Positions 15,742 to 26,000 of a stretch of DNA of 37,188 bases are shown piece by piece (positions within the stretch are counted from its first letter, which is position 1; every line of letters begins with the position of its first letter). A model generated the notes under the pieces. The model was not told the origin of the DNA. It saw only the letters and a program-made list of their open reading frames with translations, and ran no database searches. The position numbers and the translations under genes are program-made. Source of the stretch: a virus (lineage: Duplodnaviria > Caudoviricetes). The stretch is from the IMG/VR virus record IMGVR_UViG_3300020219_000034, positions 1 through 37,188 of that record; one strand, given 5' to 3'.

Positions 15742-16317
15742 ATGGGTGTAGCCACGTCGATTGTCGTCGGGGGGATACTGTCCGCAGGCGGGGCGATCGG
15801 ATCGTCCAAGATCAACGCGAGCGCCGCCAGACGCGCGCAGCGGTCGCAAGAACGCGGGAATAGCGCCGCGATGTCGATGGAGGAGCGCGCCGAGGCGGGC
15901 CGCCTCGAGGAAGCGCGCCGCGTCGAAGACCAGAACCAGCGCAACTGGGAAGTGGAACAGTCGCGTGAGCAAGAGCGGTATCAGCGTGGCCGGGACGACT
16001 CGAGCCGCGCGGAAGCCGCCGACAGCGCCCGCTGGTCGTGGGACCAGCGCCGCCGCGAGCCCTACCGATCCGTGGGCCGTGGCGCCGTGCGCTCGCTGGC
16101 CGACCTCGCGGGCATCCAGGGCATCGAGGGCGAGGCCGCCCCAGACTTCTCGCAGGGCTGGGATGCCGCGTCGATGTCGCCGCAGCAGACCACGCCTGGC
16201 TTTACCCCGCCGCCGCCCGGCCCGCGCAGCCTCCCAGGCGACCCGCGCATCGTCTCTCGCGCGCCGGGCTCGATCTGGAATCCGACCATGGCGGATCTCG
16301 TGACGGAGCGCCAATAG
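15742..16317 (+). CDS. DNA ejection (internal virion) protein, P22 gp7-like
   Basis: Gly/Ala-rich hydrophobic N-terminus followed by a charged coiled coil and EPYRSVG; position after the GNAT gene. Confidence 0.75.
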   Translation: MGVATSIVVGGILSAGGAIGSSKINASAARRAQRSQERGNSAAMSMEERAEAGRLEEARRVEDQNQRNWEVEQSREQERYQRGRDDSSRAEAADSARWSWDQRRREPYRSVGRGAVRSLADLAGIQGIEGEAAPDFSQGWDAASMSPQQTTPGFTPPPPGPRSLPGDPRIVSRAPGSIWNPTMADLVTERQ

Positions 16318-17379
16318 ATGAACACGATGGACACGCTGGGCCTGAGTCCGGAGCACGCCGACCGCTGGGCCTACGACCGGCTGTTGAAGCGCCCGCAGCC
16401 GCCGCAGCAGCCCTACGGCGCGCCGCCGATGGCGCCGCCGATGGCCGCCCCCAACACCGTCGTCCCGCCGACGTCGCCCGCCCCGCCGCTCGCCGGCGCG
16501 CAGACGAGCTACACCGGTGGCGGGATGACGCCGAACGCCGGCGCGAGTCCGCGCGACCCGCGTATCGATGCGACGGCGGACGAGCAAGCCGCGTGGGACC
16601 GCGAGTACGCGGCGCTCCCGCCTGGCGGGTCGATGAATCGTCAGCGCCCCGGATCTGGCGCGTTGGCTGGCGGAGGCACGCCGGGATCAGGCTTTGGCCC
16701 AGGCGGGGCATCCAATCCCGGGTACCGCGGCCCTGGCAGCCCGGGATACAACTACGGCAACAACCCGCCCCCGGGCACGCCCCCGGGCACGTCTCCGTCG
16801 GGACGGACCACGCACGCCTACACCGGCGGCGCCTTGGACTACTACGGCACCGGCGACATCCAGAACGTCGACCACATCACCCGCGGCGACGTGGGAGTGA
16901 CGGCTGGCTTCACCGAGGTCGGGCTCAACGGCGACCTGAGCGTCCGGGGCAGCAACACGATCAAGAACGTCAACGGACGGTTCTTCAGCAACCTGCCGGC
17001 CAAGCCCTCGAGCATCCCGATCTTGTTGGCGAAACCGGAGTTCCGCGCGCTCTTCCCGAACGCCAAGCAAGTGGGCTTCGACAAGATCGATTACGGCGAC
17101 GGCAAGGCGGTCGACGTGCTCGAGAAAGCCGACCCGAACACCGACACGGCCACGGCGTGGGCTTGGATGCCTGAAAGCACCGCCGTGTCCCCGACGGCGG
17201 GCAGGGGCTACGCGACCTGGCTATCAGCGCAGGCGCCCCCGGTACCCCCGGGCACGCCCCCGGGCACGCCGCCTGGTGGTCCTGGCGGTCCTGGCGGCGA
17301 CGGCATCAGCGACGAAGCGCGGCGTCTCCTCGCCCGCGACCAGCAGCAGCGCCCGAATCTCTCGGATCTCGGTATCTAG
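16318..17379 (+). CDS. Pro/Gly-rich putative internal virion protein with a small globular domain (DKIDYGDG...DVL...WAW)
   Basis: Abuts the upstream stop; PPGT repeats; lies in the ejection cluster. Confidence 0.7.
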   Translation: MNTMDTLGLSPEHADRWAYDRLLKRPQPPQQPYGAPPMAPPMAAPNTVVPPTSPAPPLAGAQTSYTGGGMTPNAGASPRDPRIDATADEQAAWDREYAALPPGGSMNRQRPGSGALAGGGTPGSGFGPGGASNPGYRGPGSPGYNYGNNPPPGTPPGTSPSGRTTHAYTGGALDYYGTGDIQNVDHITRGDVGVTAGFTEVGLNGDLSVRGSNTIKNVNGRFFSNLPAKPSSIPILLAKPEFRALFPNAKQVGFDKIDYGDGKAVDVLEKADPNTDTATAWAWMPESTAVSPTAGRGYATWLSAQAPPVPPGTPPGTPPGGPGGPGGDGISDEARRLLARDQQQRPNLSDLGI

Positions 17380-17391
17380 GACGGTCCCCTC

Positions 17392-18438
17392 ATGGCCTAC
17401 CCCAACGCACAAACGTCCTATGGCTCCACGGCGCCCACGGTGGCGCCCACCGGGGCATCCACGGTGGCCGGCGGCGTCACGGTGTCACACGCGAACCCGG
17501 GCATGAGCACCGCCGGGCCGAGGCGGACGCCCACCGGGCCGCCCGTCTCCGTCGGCGCCACCCCTGGCGCACCGAGCAGTTGGCAGTTCCAGGGCATCAA
17601 CCCCACCGACTCGCGTACTGGGCTCCAGACGTTCGAACATCTCAGCGGCATCCAGGGCACGCCCCTGACGACCGCGCAGCAGCAAGAGGCGGCCCAGCAC
17701 ATCAACTACACCGATCCCACGGGCGCGGCGTCGATCACCGGCGAGAACTACAACCGGCTCATGCAGCTCGCCGCGCAGCGGTCAGGCGGGGCCTACAACC
17801 CGTACGCGGACTCGGCGCCGCCTTCGACGGGCGGGCCGGACCCCTACCCCACCGAGGGGCCACTGAACCCTGACCCCTACCCCACGGCGACCGTCGAACC
17901 CGCGCCGACGATCAACGCCCCGCGCTACCAGCAGCAGCAGTTCACGCCGCCGACGTTCGATGAGATGGTCGCCAACGACCCGACCTACGCGCGCCGGCTC
18001 GGCGAGGGCCTCGGCGCGATGGAGTCGCGCGCCGCCGGCCGGGGGATGCTCGGCACCGGCACGCATCTCCGCGACCTCAACACCGCCGCGCAGGACTACG
18101 CCTCGAACGAGTTCCGGAGCTTCTACGACCGCCGGGCCGGCGAGTATGGCGTGAACGCGGGCGAGCGCCGGTTCGGCCACGAGGCCGACGCTTCCGCCAC
18201 GCAGACCGAGTACGCGCCCCGCTTGCTGTCATGGAACCGCCAGCAGGACGAGAACTCGACCGGCCGGCAGATGACCTACGATCGGAACTGGCAGCGCGAA
18301 CTCTACGGCCGCGACGACGCCTGGCGGCGCTCGCGCGCGGGCGAAGACGATAGCCGCTTCCGCAACCAGGACATGTGGCGCTACCGCGACGAATCCGAGT
18401 CGCGGCGTCGCTTCCTGGCCGAACTCGGACAGCGGTAG
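17392..18438 (+). CDS. Putative DNA ejection protein
   Basis: DPTYARRLGEGLGAMESRAAGRGMLGTG...QDYASNEF resembles P22-like DNA transfer proteins. Confidence 0.75.
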   Translation: MAYPNAQTSYGSTAPTVAPTGASTVAGGVTVSHANPGMSTAGPRRTPTGPPVSVGATPGAPSSWQFQGINPTDSRTGLQTFEHLSGIQGTPLTTAQQQEAAQHINYTDPTGAASITGENYNRLMQLAAQRSGGAYNPYADSAPPSTGGPDPYPTEGPLNPDPYPTATVEPAPTINAPRYQQQQFTPPTFDEMVANDPTYARRLGEGLGAMESRAAGRGMLGTGTHLRDLNTAAQDYASNEFRSFYDRRAGEYGVNAGERRFGHEADASATQTEYAPRLLSWNRQQDENSTGRQMTYDRNWQRELYGRDDAWRRSRAGEDDSRFRNQDMWRYRDESESRRRFLAELGQR

Positions 18439-18447
18439 AGGGTTCTC

Positions 18448-20058
18448 ATGGGCATCGGACCGTATCAGGCGCGACCCTACGACAACAGCCGCGGCATGTC
18501 GCGGATGGCCGACCTCGCGCTCCACCGAGGCGAGATCGAGGCCGAAGGCGCGCTCCGATCCGGCCAAGCGTGGGCGAGCGGCGTGCAGCAGGTCGGCCAG
18601 ATCGCCGGCAGGACGATGGCGGACTTGGCCGAGTACCAGGACCAGAAGCCGATCCGTGACGCCGAACGGCAGCGGGCGAACGAGTCCCTGCAGAACAGCC
18701 GTCGCAAAGGCGAGTTCAACGAGGCGTTGAAGGAGGCTGGGACCAGGCCGCCCGACGAGGCGATCGAGTTCTTGCGGACGCGCGGCTTCGCGCCTGAAGC
18801 GTCGGAGATGGCGAAGGAGCTGGCCGAGACGCGGAAGCGCGCCATCGACACCAGTGTGGCGAACCTCGCGCTGACCAAGGGGACCTTCGAACAGGCCCTC
18901 ACGTTGCTCGGCAGCGTGCGCGAGGCCCCGGACCCCGGGGCGGCCTACGCGCAGTCGCTCCCGAAGATCCAGGAGATGGTGGGCGCCGATCTCGCGCAGA
19001 ACCTCCCCAAGACGTACGACCCCGCGAGCCTCGACAGGGTGATGGCGTGGGGGATGTCCACGACAGCGACGCTCGACAACAACGCGAAGTTGCTGGCCCA
19101 GACGCGGACGACGTTCAAGGATGCGGCCGACCGCGAGGATCACTTCACGAAGTCCCTGAGCCAATATCTTCCCACCGTGACGACGGCGGCCGACTGGACG
19201 GCCGGGCTCCGCTCGGCCGAAGAAGCCGGCGCCCCCAAGATCGCGCTGGACAAGTTCGCGGCCACCTACTCGCCGGAGGCCGCGGCGCGGGCCGCACAGT
19301 TGACCCAGCCCCGCCGGGCAGACGCCCCGTTGGGGAGCGCCGCGGACATCATCGCGGGCGAACAGACGCGTCTGGGCCGGGATCTGAACACGGACGAGAA
19401 GCTGGCGCTCGTGCGCCGGCAGGGCACCGCGGATCGCGCGCCGAGTACCGCCGGTGCCGGCGGCTTGACGCAGGTGCAGATCAACGCCGCGACCGGCCGC
19501 CGAGACACCGCGATCGCGGCCCTCAACCGGGAACGCCGCGACGCCGACGCCACGCTCACCGACGACATGTACGGCGACGAGCTCCACCGCATCGAAGCGA
19601 GCTACGCCCAGCAGATCGGCCAGCCGCCGCCGCCGCCGCGCCTTGGCGTGCAGCGCGGCGAGCCCGGCGCCCAGTCGTCCGCCGAGATGTCCTTCGAGGA
19701 GCAGCAGAACCAGGACTCCACCAGCATGGCGGACCTCGCGACCGCCCCGCCACTCCGCGCCGCCGGGGGCGGGGCCCCACGCCGGCTACCCGGATTCCCG
19801 CAGAGTGACCCCTCGAACGCCGCCGCCCCGCCACCGGCGCGGCCCTCGGCGCCCCTCGGTGCGGCGCCCGCCACCGCCGCGCGTCCGCCGGCTCCACGGG
19901 CGCAGGCGGCACCGCCTTCGGCTTCCGGCCAGATCACCGTCCAGACGCTCCCAGACGGCAAGTTCGCGGTGAAGCTGAACGGTCAGCGGATCATCGCCAA
20001 GAGCAAGGCCGAGCTTGACAAGTTCCTGAAGGCCAGCGGCTACGAGATGTCGAAATAA
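18448..20058 (+). CDS. Putative DNA ejection protein (helical, Pro-rich linker, small C-terminal domain)
   Basis: GAGG RBS; helical Ala/Gln composition; directly precedes the giant gene. Confidence 0.7.
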   Translation: MGIGPYQARPYDNSRGMSRMADLALHRGEIEAEGALRSGQAWASGVQQVGQIAGRTMADLAEYQDQKPIRDAERQRANESLQNSRRKGEFNEALKEAGTRPPDEAIEFLRTRGFAPEASEMAKELAETRKRAIDTSVANLALTKGTFEQALTLLGSVREAPDPGAAYAQSLPKIQEMVGADLAQNLPKTYDPASLDRVMAWGMSTTATLDNNAKLLAQTRTTFKDAADREDHFTKSLSQYLPTVTTAADWTAGLRSAEEAGAPKIALDKFAATYSPEAAARAAQLTQPRRADAPLGSAADIIAGEQTRLGRDLNTDEKLALVRRQGTADRAPSTAGAGGLTQVQINAATGRRDTAIAALNRERRDADATLTDDMYGDELHRIEASYAQQIGQPPPPPRLGVQRGEPGAQSSAEMSFEEQQNQDSTSMADLATAPPLRAAGGGAPRRLPGFPQSDPSNAAAPPPARPSAPLGAAPATAARPPAPRAQAAPPSASGQITVQTLPDGKFAVKLNGQRIIAKSKAELDKFLKASGYEMSK

Positions 20059-20061
20059 GCC

Positions 20062-23000
20062 ATGCCGACCCGCCCACTTGACCCGTTCGACGTGGCTCGA
20101 TCGATGGGACTCGCCGTCGAAGACGACACGCCGACGCTTGAGACGCACGACCAGGACTGGCAACGCCAGTCGATCCTGGCTGGCACGGCTGAGATGCGCC
20201 CGCCGACGCCGCGGCCTGCGGCGCGGACGCCGCGTGTGGACCCGTTTGATGTGGCCAGGACGATGGGACTCACCATCGAAGAGGACACGCCAGACCCCGA
20301 CCCGTTCGATGTGGCTCGATCGATGGGGCTCACCATCGAAGAGGACACTGATACACTCTCGCTAGATGCCGCGCTGCCTTCCGGGCCGACTCGTGCCGAC
20401 GATCCTCGCCGCGCTCTACCTGCTGCTGGTGTAGACGAGCCGACGTTCCAGGCGTGGTACGGCCAGCGCGCCAAGACGCTCGGCCTCGACCCCAACCCCG
20501 ACGCCCCCGAGCAGTCCTACGACTACCGCGCCGCCTTCGCGGCCGGCGCCGAGCCAGGGCCGGACGGCCACTGGCCATCGGCGTTCAAGAAGCCCGGACA
20601 CCCCAACGAGGTCGTGGGCGGCTTCAATACCCGCACCGGCGCGCGCGTGCCTGGCACGCCCCGCGCGTCTCGAGACGATCTCGTGCGCCTGGGCTGGGAA
20701 CCGGACGCGGCGGCCCGTCTCGACGCGACCCAGGAGCCGAGCGCCGCCAAGTCGATGGGCGACATCATGGGCCAGGCGACGGGCATCAGCCGCGCCCCAG
20801 AGCCCCGTGGCGCCCTGGGGACGTTGGCGGACTTCGGCATGTCCTTGCCGCGTCGCCTTGGCGTTGACCCAGTCATCAGCGCGGTGAAGGGTGCCATCGG
20901 CGCTGTGAATGTGCCGGTGGGATTGGCGGACATCGCGACCGGCGGTCGTGTGGGTCAGTTCCTCGAAGAGACGATCGGCTTCCGCCCCGCCGAGGCCACG
21001 AAGATCCTCTCGTCCTGGTATTCCAAGAAGCAGCGCGAGGGCAGCGCGGCCGTGCAGGCGGCTGATGGTGTGCTCGCTACCGCCGTGGCCGCACTCTCGA
21101 ACCCCGGCGTGGTCGCAAACACGGTTGTCGAGTCGGCGCCCATGATGCTGGCAGGGGGGGCTATCGGTCGCGCTATTCCGTACGCGAGTGCCGGTGTACG
21201 TGGCGCGCTCGGGGAGGGCATCGCCTCTGCCGGGAGCGCGGCTTCACACACCAGGGAAGGTTCCGAGGATGGCCGTCTCACGGTGAAGCAGTCCGCCCTC
21301 GCCGTCGCGACAGGCGCGGCGACGACCACATTCGGCCTGCTCGGCAATCGCATCGCGCAGTCGCTCGGTATCGCCGACATCGACACCATGATCGCCGCTG
21401 GTGCGGCCAGTCCTGTCGCCGCTCGTGGGCTGGCTACGCGTGTGGCGCTCGGCATGGTGCAGGAAGGTGTCCTCGAAGAGCTGCCGCAGTCGATCTCCGA
21501 ACAGCTCTTGGCGAACGTCGCTCAGGACCGACCGATCCTTGAAGGCGTGGACGAGTCCGCCGTGCTCGGCCTGTTTTCCGGTGCTGTGATGGGCGGCGGC
21601 GCGAACATCCGCCGTCCTCGCACGGCCGCCGGCGCCCCGCCAGCGCCGCCCCTGGCCGACCTCGCATCAGAGGCGCCGCCGGCCGGCCCGTCACCCGCTC
21701 CCGTCGACGTGCCGCCGGTGGCTCCACGCGGAGCGCCGCCCGCGTACGTGCCGACCGACCTAGAGACGCGCAACGTGCGCCGGCTGATGGCCGAGCCCGG
21801 CCGCACCACGATCAGCATCAACGATGTGAGCAGCGCCACGGCCATGCGCCCGCGTGAGGCAGGCGCCGCGATCGACCAGCTCGAGCGCGAAGGGCTTGTC
21901 ACTCCGACGTCGCAGGCGGGCACCTACACGCTCACGCAGCCGGCGCCAGCCGCAGAGGCACCGCCCGCGACGATGCGCGACGCCCTCGGGCCGCTGCCGC
22001 CAGGAGTGAGCGCCGAACAAACGCAGCAGTTGACGGCGCTCGGCTATGCGCCTGAACGCGTGGCGGCGATGACGCTGCCCGAGGTGCAGGAGGCGCTCCG
22101 GACGGGCACGCCTGCCGTGGAGCGGCGTCAACAGCCCCGCGGCCTTGTCGCCCCAGCCATCGCTGACCCGATGAGCCCTGAAGGGCTTGTGGCGCTTGGC
22201 ACGGAGTTCATGGAGAACCCTGCGCGGCAGGCGGATGTGGCGTCGATGCGGACGGCCACGCGAGCGGAGGCCCCGCCGAGAGAGGGCCGAGCCGAGTCGG
22301 AGCAGCGTGACCTGACCAATACGAAGGTTACGGACCACACCGGGGCGCCGATCGTGGTCTATCGCGGGCGCGATAGCAGCGGGACCGGGCGTGTACGTTC
22401 CGGTGCCGCCTATTTCACGGCAGACCAGACCGCCGCACGGCAGTACGCCGACGAGTATGGCGGGGACGTGCTGGCGGCACGCTTGTCCCTGACGAATCCG
22501 GCACGCGACACCGATATACGCCGAGTGGCCGCCACCGCAGAGATCGCCCTAGTTGACGACGGCCACCCGGTGGCATATCTCGACCAGAACACGGCATTGC
22601 GTGACGCGCTGGTGGCGGCCGGGTACGACGGGGCCATCGGGAACGATCGCCGGTTGGACGACCAGGGTGACATCACGTCGTACGTCGTGTTCGCGCCCGA
22701 CCAGATCGTGCCCGCAGATGATGCCAAGGCTGGACCATCAGCGCCGGAAGTGCTCGACGCCGCGCCGGAAGACCGCCAACGTGTCGCGGGCACACGTCCT
22801 GAAGTCCTGGACCGGGAACGTCCTGACCTCGGCATCGACGCGCGAGGCCAAGAGATAGAGGCGCAGGAGCCCATCCCGCGCCAGTCCTACGAGGACGACA
22901 CACGCTGGGAGGACTGGAAGGCGGGCGACACCCTCAAGCTCGTGGATGGCCGTATCGTCACCGTGGCTCGGGCCGCGGCCGATCCCTTCTCCGGTCTTCA

Positions 23001-26000
23001 GGTCACGCTCGACGGTCGTCGCTGGTCCGTCAACCAGGAGCTTGTCGAGGGGCGGGTGGATGCGGTTCCGACCGCGGCCACTGTCGTTGACGACGCCGCC
23101 ACGGTGGACGCTCGCGGCCTACCCATCGCGCCGAGAGACGCCGGCGTCATTCCGGCGCGCATGGCCGTGAAGTTCGCCAACGCCAGCAAGGGCGCCATCG
23201 AGGTGTCGACGCTCGTGGAGGCGAAGCGGGCCGCGCAGACACTCCAAGCTCAGCGAGACGACAACGGCCCCGGCGCCGGTCGGCTGCCCGTGATCTCCAT
23301 CATCGACGCTGAGACTGGCGAGCAGTTCGCCGTTATCTCCCCGAACGGCCGGATCTGGCGACAGGCCGCGGGGAAGAAGTGGACCCCGGCCACGAAAGAG
23401 ATCGATGCCAGCGTGGACGTGACGCCTGCTGCGGACGCCCAATCCCAGCCAGGCCAGTACGTCAAGCACCCGCTCATCGTTGACGGCAAGGAAGTGGGAC
23501 AGATCCTCGGCCGTCTTACCGCGCGCGGACGCGTGAAGGTCGTATCAGCAGGGCTCCCAGGCACGGTAGAGATGTCACTCGGCATCGGCGACATCGTTGA
23601 ACGTGATTCGTCCTGGCTGACGGTCCCAAAGAGCCAATGGCCCGGCATCTGGGAAGACGGCGAGCGTGTCGAGTCTTCCAAAAGCCTCGCAAAGGACGTC
23701 GCGGATGACGGACGGGCGCCAAAGACGATAGACCGGCCGACGCTTCGTGGCGCTCCCGCGCCAGTGCCGGACCCCAAGCCCGCCGCGGAGATGACTGACG
23801 AGGAAATGGCGGCCGAGATTCGCGCCCGGTTGACGCGGGAAGCGGAGGCCGAGGCGCCGGTCGCGAAGCCTACCAAAGGGGGCCCGCCGCGGAAGACGCG
23901 CGCGCCCAAGGCTGACCCCGCCGAGACGCAATGGGCGGAGGTGCTTGCGTCGGCACGCGCCGTGGACCCGGACGTCGACGAGACGGACCTGCGGGACGAG
24001 TACGACTTCCGCGAAACGCGAGCCTGGGACGAGGCGAAGGATGCCGCCGACGCCGGCACGCTGGTGCTGCTCAAGGAAATCGCGTCCCTGGGCGGCCTCC
24101 ACGAGAAGCAGGGCGGACAGGTCGAGGAGCTGTTCCGGCTCCGTCAGGGGCAGGCGTTCGGGGCGGTCGGCGGCGTCAGGGGCGTGCTCTCGATCGACCC
24201 GAAGCGTGGCCTCGCGCTCGACGACATGCTCGATCAGTTGCGCGGCGATGGCCGCTTCAATCAGATCGAGACGACCGACGACATTCTCGAGTTCATCAAC
24301 ACGGTCCAGATCAAGGGCGTGCCCAAGCCCACGCCGTCGCTCACGGCGCTCGGCGTCACTCCCGCGACCGCGTGGTGGAAGAATCGCCAGCGGCCCGAGG
24401 CGGACCCGGATGCAGGCTTCGCCAACGACAGCGTCGACCCCGGCAAGGGCGACATCAGCTTCGACGGAGACGCGGCCCCAGCCGCGCCTGACGTCGCGCC
24501 CACGGACGCCACCACGGCCCCTGGCGTCTGGGCGCCGTTCGCGATTGCCCGCGGGACCGAGGTCCAGATCCGGGACAACACGGAACGCGCGTCGATAGAA
24601 CTCAAGTTCGACGGCAAGCCGGACGAGACGGTGCGGGCGGCGCTCAAACGGGAGGGGTTCCGATGGTTCGGCCCCTCCAAGACCTGGTATTCCAAGGCGA
24701 AGGACCGACGGGCACGGGCTGAACGCGCACTGAACGTCACGCCCGCGCCGGCCGCGCCGGCCGCGCCCGCCGAGCGTCCCGTGTCGTCACAGGACGCGCC
24801 GGTCACGCTGATCATCAAACCGCTGTTCGGATCTGACGAGACGAGCACGGTCACGGTCGGCGGTCCCGCCACGACGTGGGGCCATGCGGCGAAGATGTCG
24901 CCAGGCGCCGAAATGGACTGGTGGGCGAACGCTACTGAGGAACTCGGCGCGGTGCGCGCCAGGGCCGGCGCCATCGGTGCAGGCGTCGTCCTGCGCGTGG
25001 ACAGCGGGAGCTTCACGCGCGTCTTGGTGTTCGAGCCCGACAACGGCGGGGGCCGGCAGGTCAAACTCGGCGCCGCGCAAGTCGAACCCGCATGGCGCGA
25101 CGGCAAACTCGTGCCGGAGCAGCCGCGGGAGGCCGCGAAGACGCCGAGCAAGACGGGAAAGCCCCCCACGGCCTGGGACGCAATCGGCACCAACGCGGTT
25201 GGGCAGACCATCTACGAGGATGAGCGCGGCGTGCGCTCGTACGTCGAGAACGGCGTGCGGCAGACCGAAGCGGTGGCGCTGGCGCCGACGCGCGGCGGGA
25301 CATCCAGAACTGGACCGACGCCACGGTCCTCGAGCCGGGCGACCGACTGGACGCTGCTGAAGGTGCATCCGTCCGTGGTCGACACGCGCGCCGACCTCGC
25401 CGAGGAAGCCGGCGCGCAGCAGCGCATCGCCACGAGCCGCGCCGAGTCGCAGGCCGCCAGCAAGGCCGCGCTCGCGGAGAAGAAGCCGGTCACGCCGCAG
25501 ATCACGCCCGCCAGGGCGCCAGACGCCGCCGCCGCCGCGCCGGCCGTCGACGCCAAGGCCGCCGCGCGCGCCGCGCGCCGCGCCGCGGTGCAGGGCGAGA
25601 TTGACTCCGCCGTCGCCGGCATCAAGGCCGAGCTTCGCAAGTCGGGCTCGACGCTGAGCAGCGGCCTGCCGGTCCCCTCTGACGTGCTCTTGGTGCAGAC
25701 GGTCAAGCTCGTGCGCGCCTACACCAAGGCCGGGATCATCGACGCACAAGAAGGCTGGGAGAACTTCCAGGAGGATCTCGGCGCGCTTGCGGCGCAGGCT
25801 CGCCGGGCGTTCACGATGGCCTGGGGGATGGTCCACGGCGTGGCCGAGCCCACCCTTGCGGATCTCGGCCCGCAGGCGCAGACTCAGGGAGAGGCACCCA
25901 ATGACGCAGCCCGCGAAGATACCGCCGCCGCCGCCGATGAGCCCGCAGGCCAAGGAGATGGCCCGCCAGATCCGCGTGGACGCACTACAAGCGGGGATGA

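Noticed and set aside
16765-17300. PPGT/GGP repeats as a collagen triple helix
   Set aside because: Period is mostly four residues and the Gly-X-Y runs are too short.
20080-20349. DNA direct repeats considered as a CRISPR array or DGR template
   Set aside because: Repeats are in-frame coding units with synonymous changes and irregular spacing; no cas or reverse transcriptase gene in the window.
22738-22890. Antisense in-register frame reading like a protein ([46 protein letters not shown]) in the linker after the ART domain
   Set aside because: No ATG or RBS in frame (only an internal TTG), and in-register antisense frames are often open here. It could be a relic but cannot be supported.
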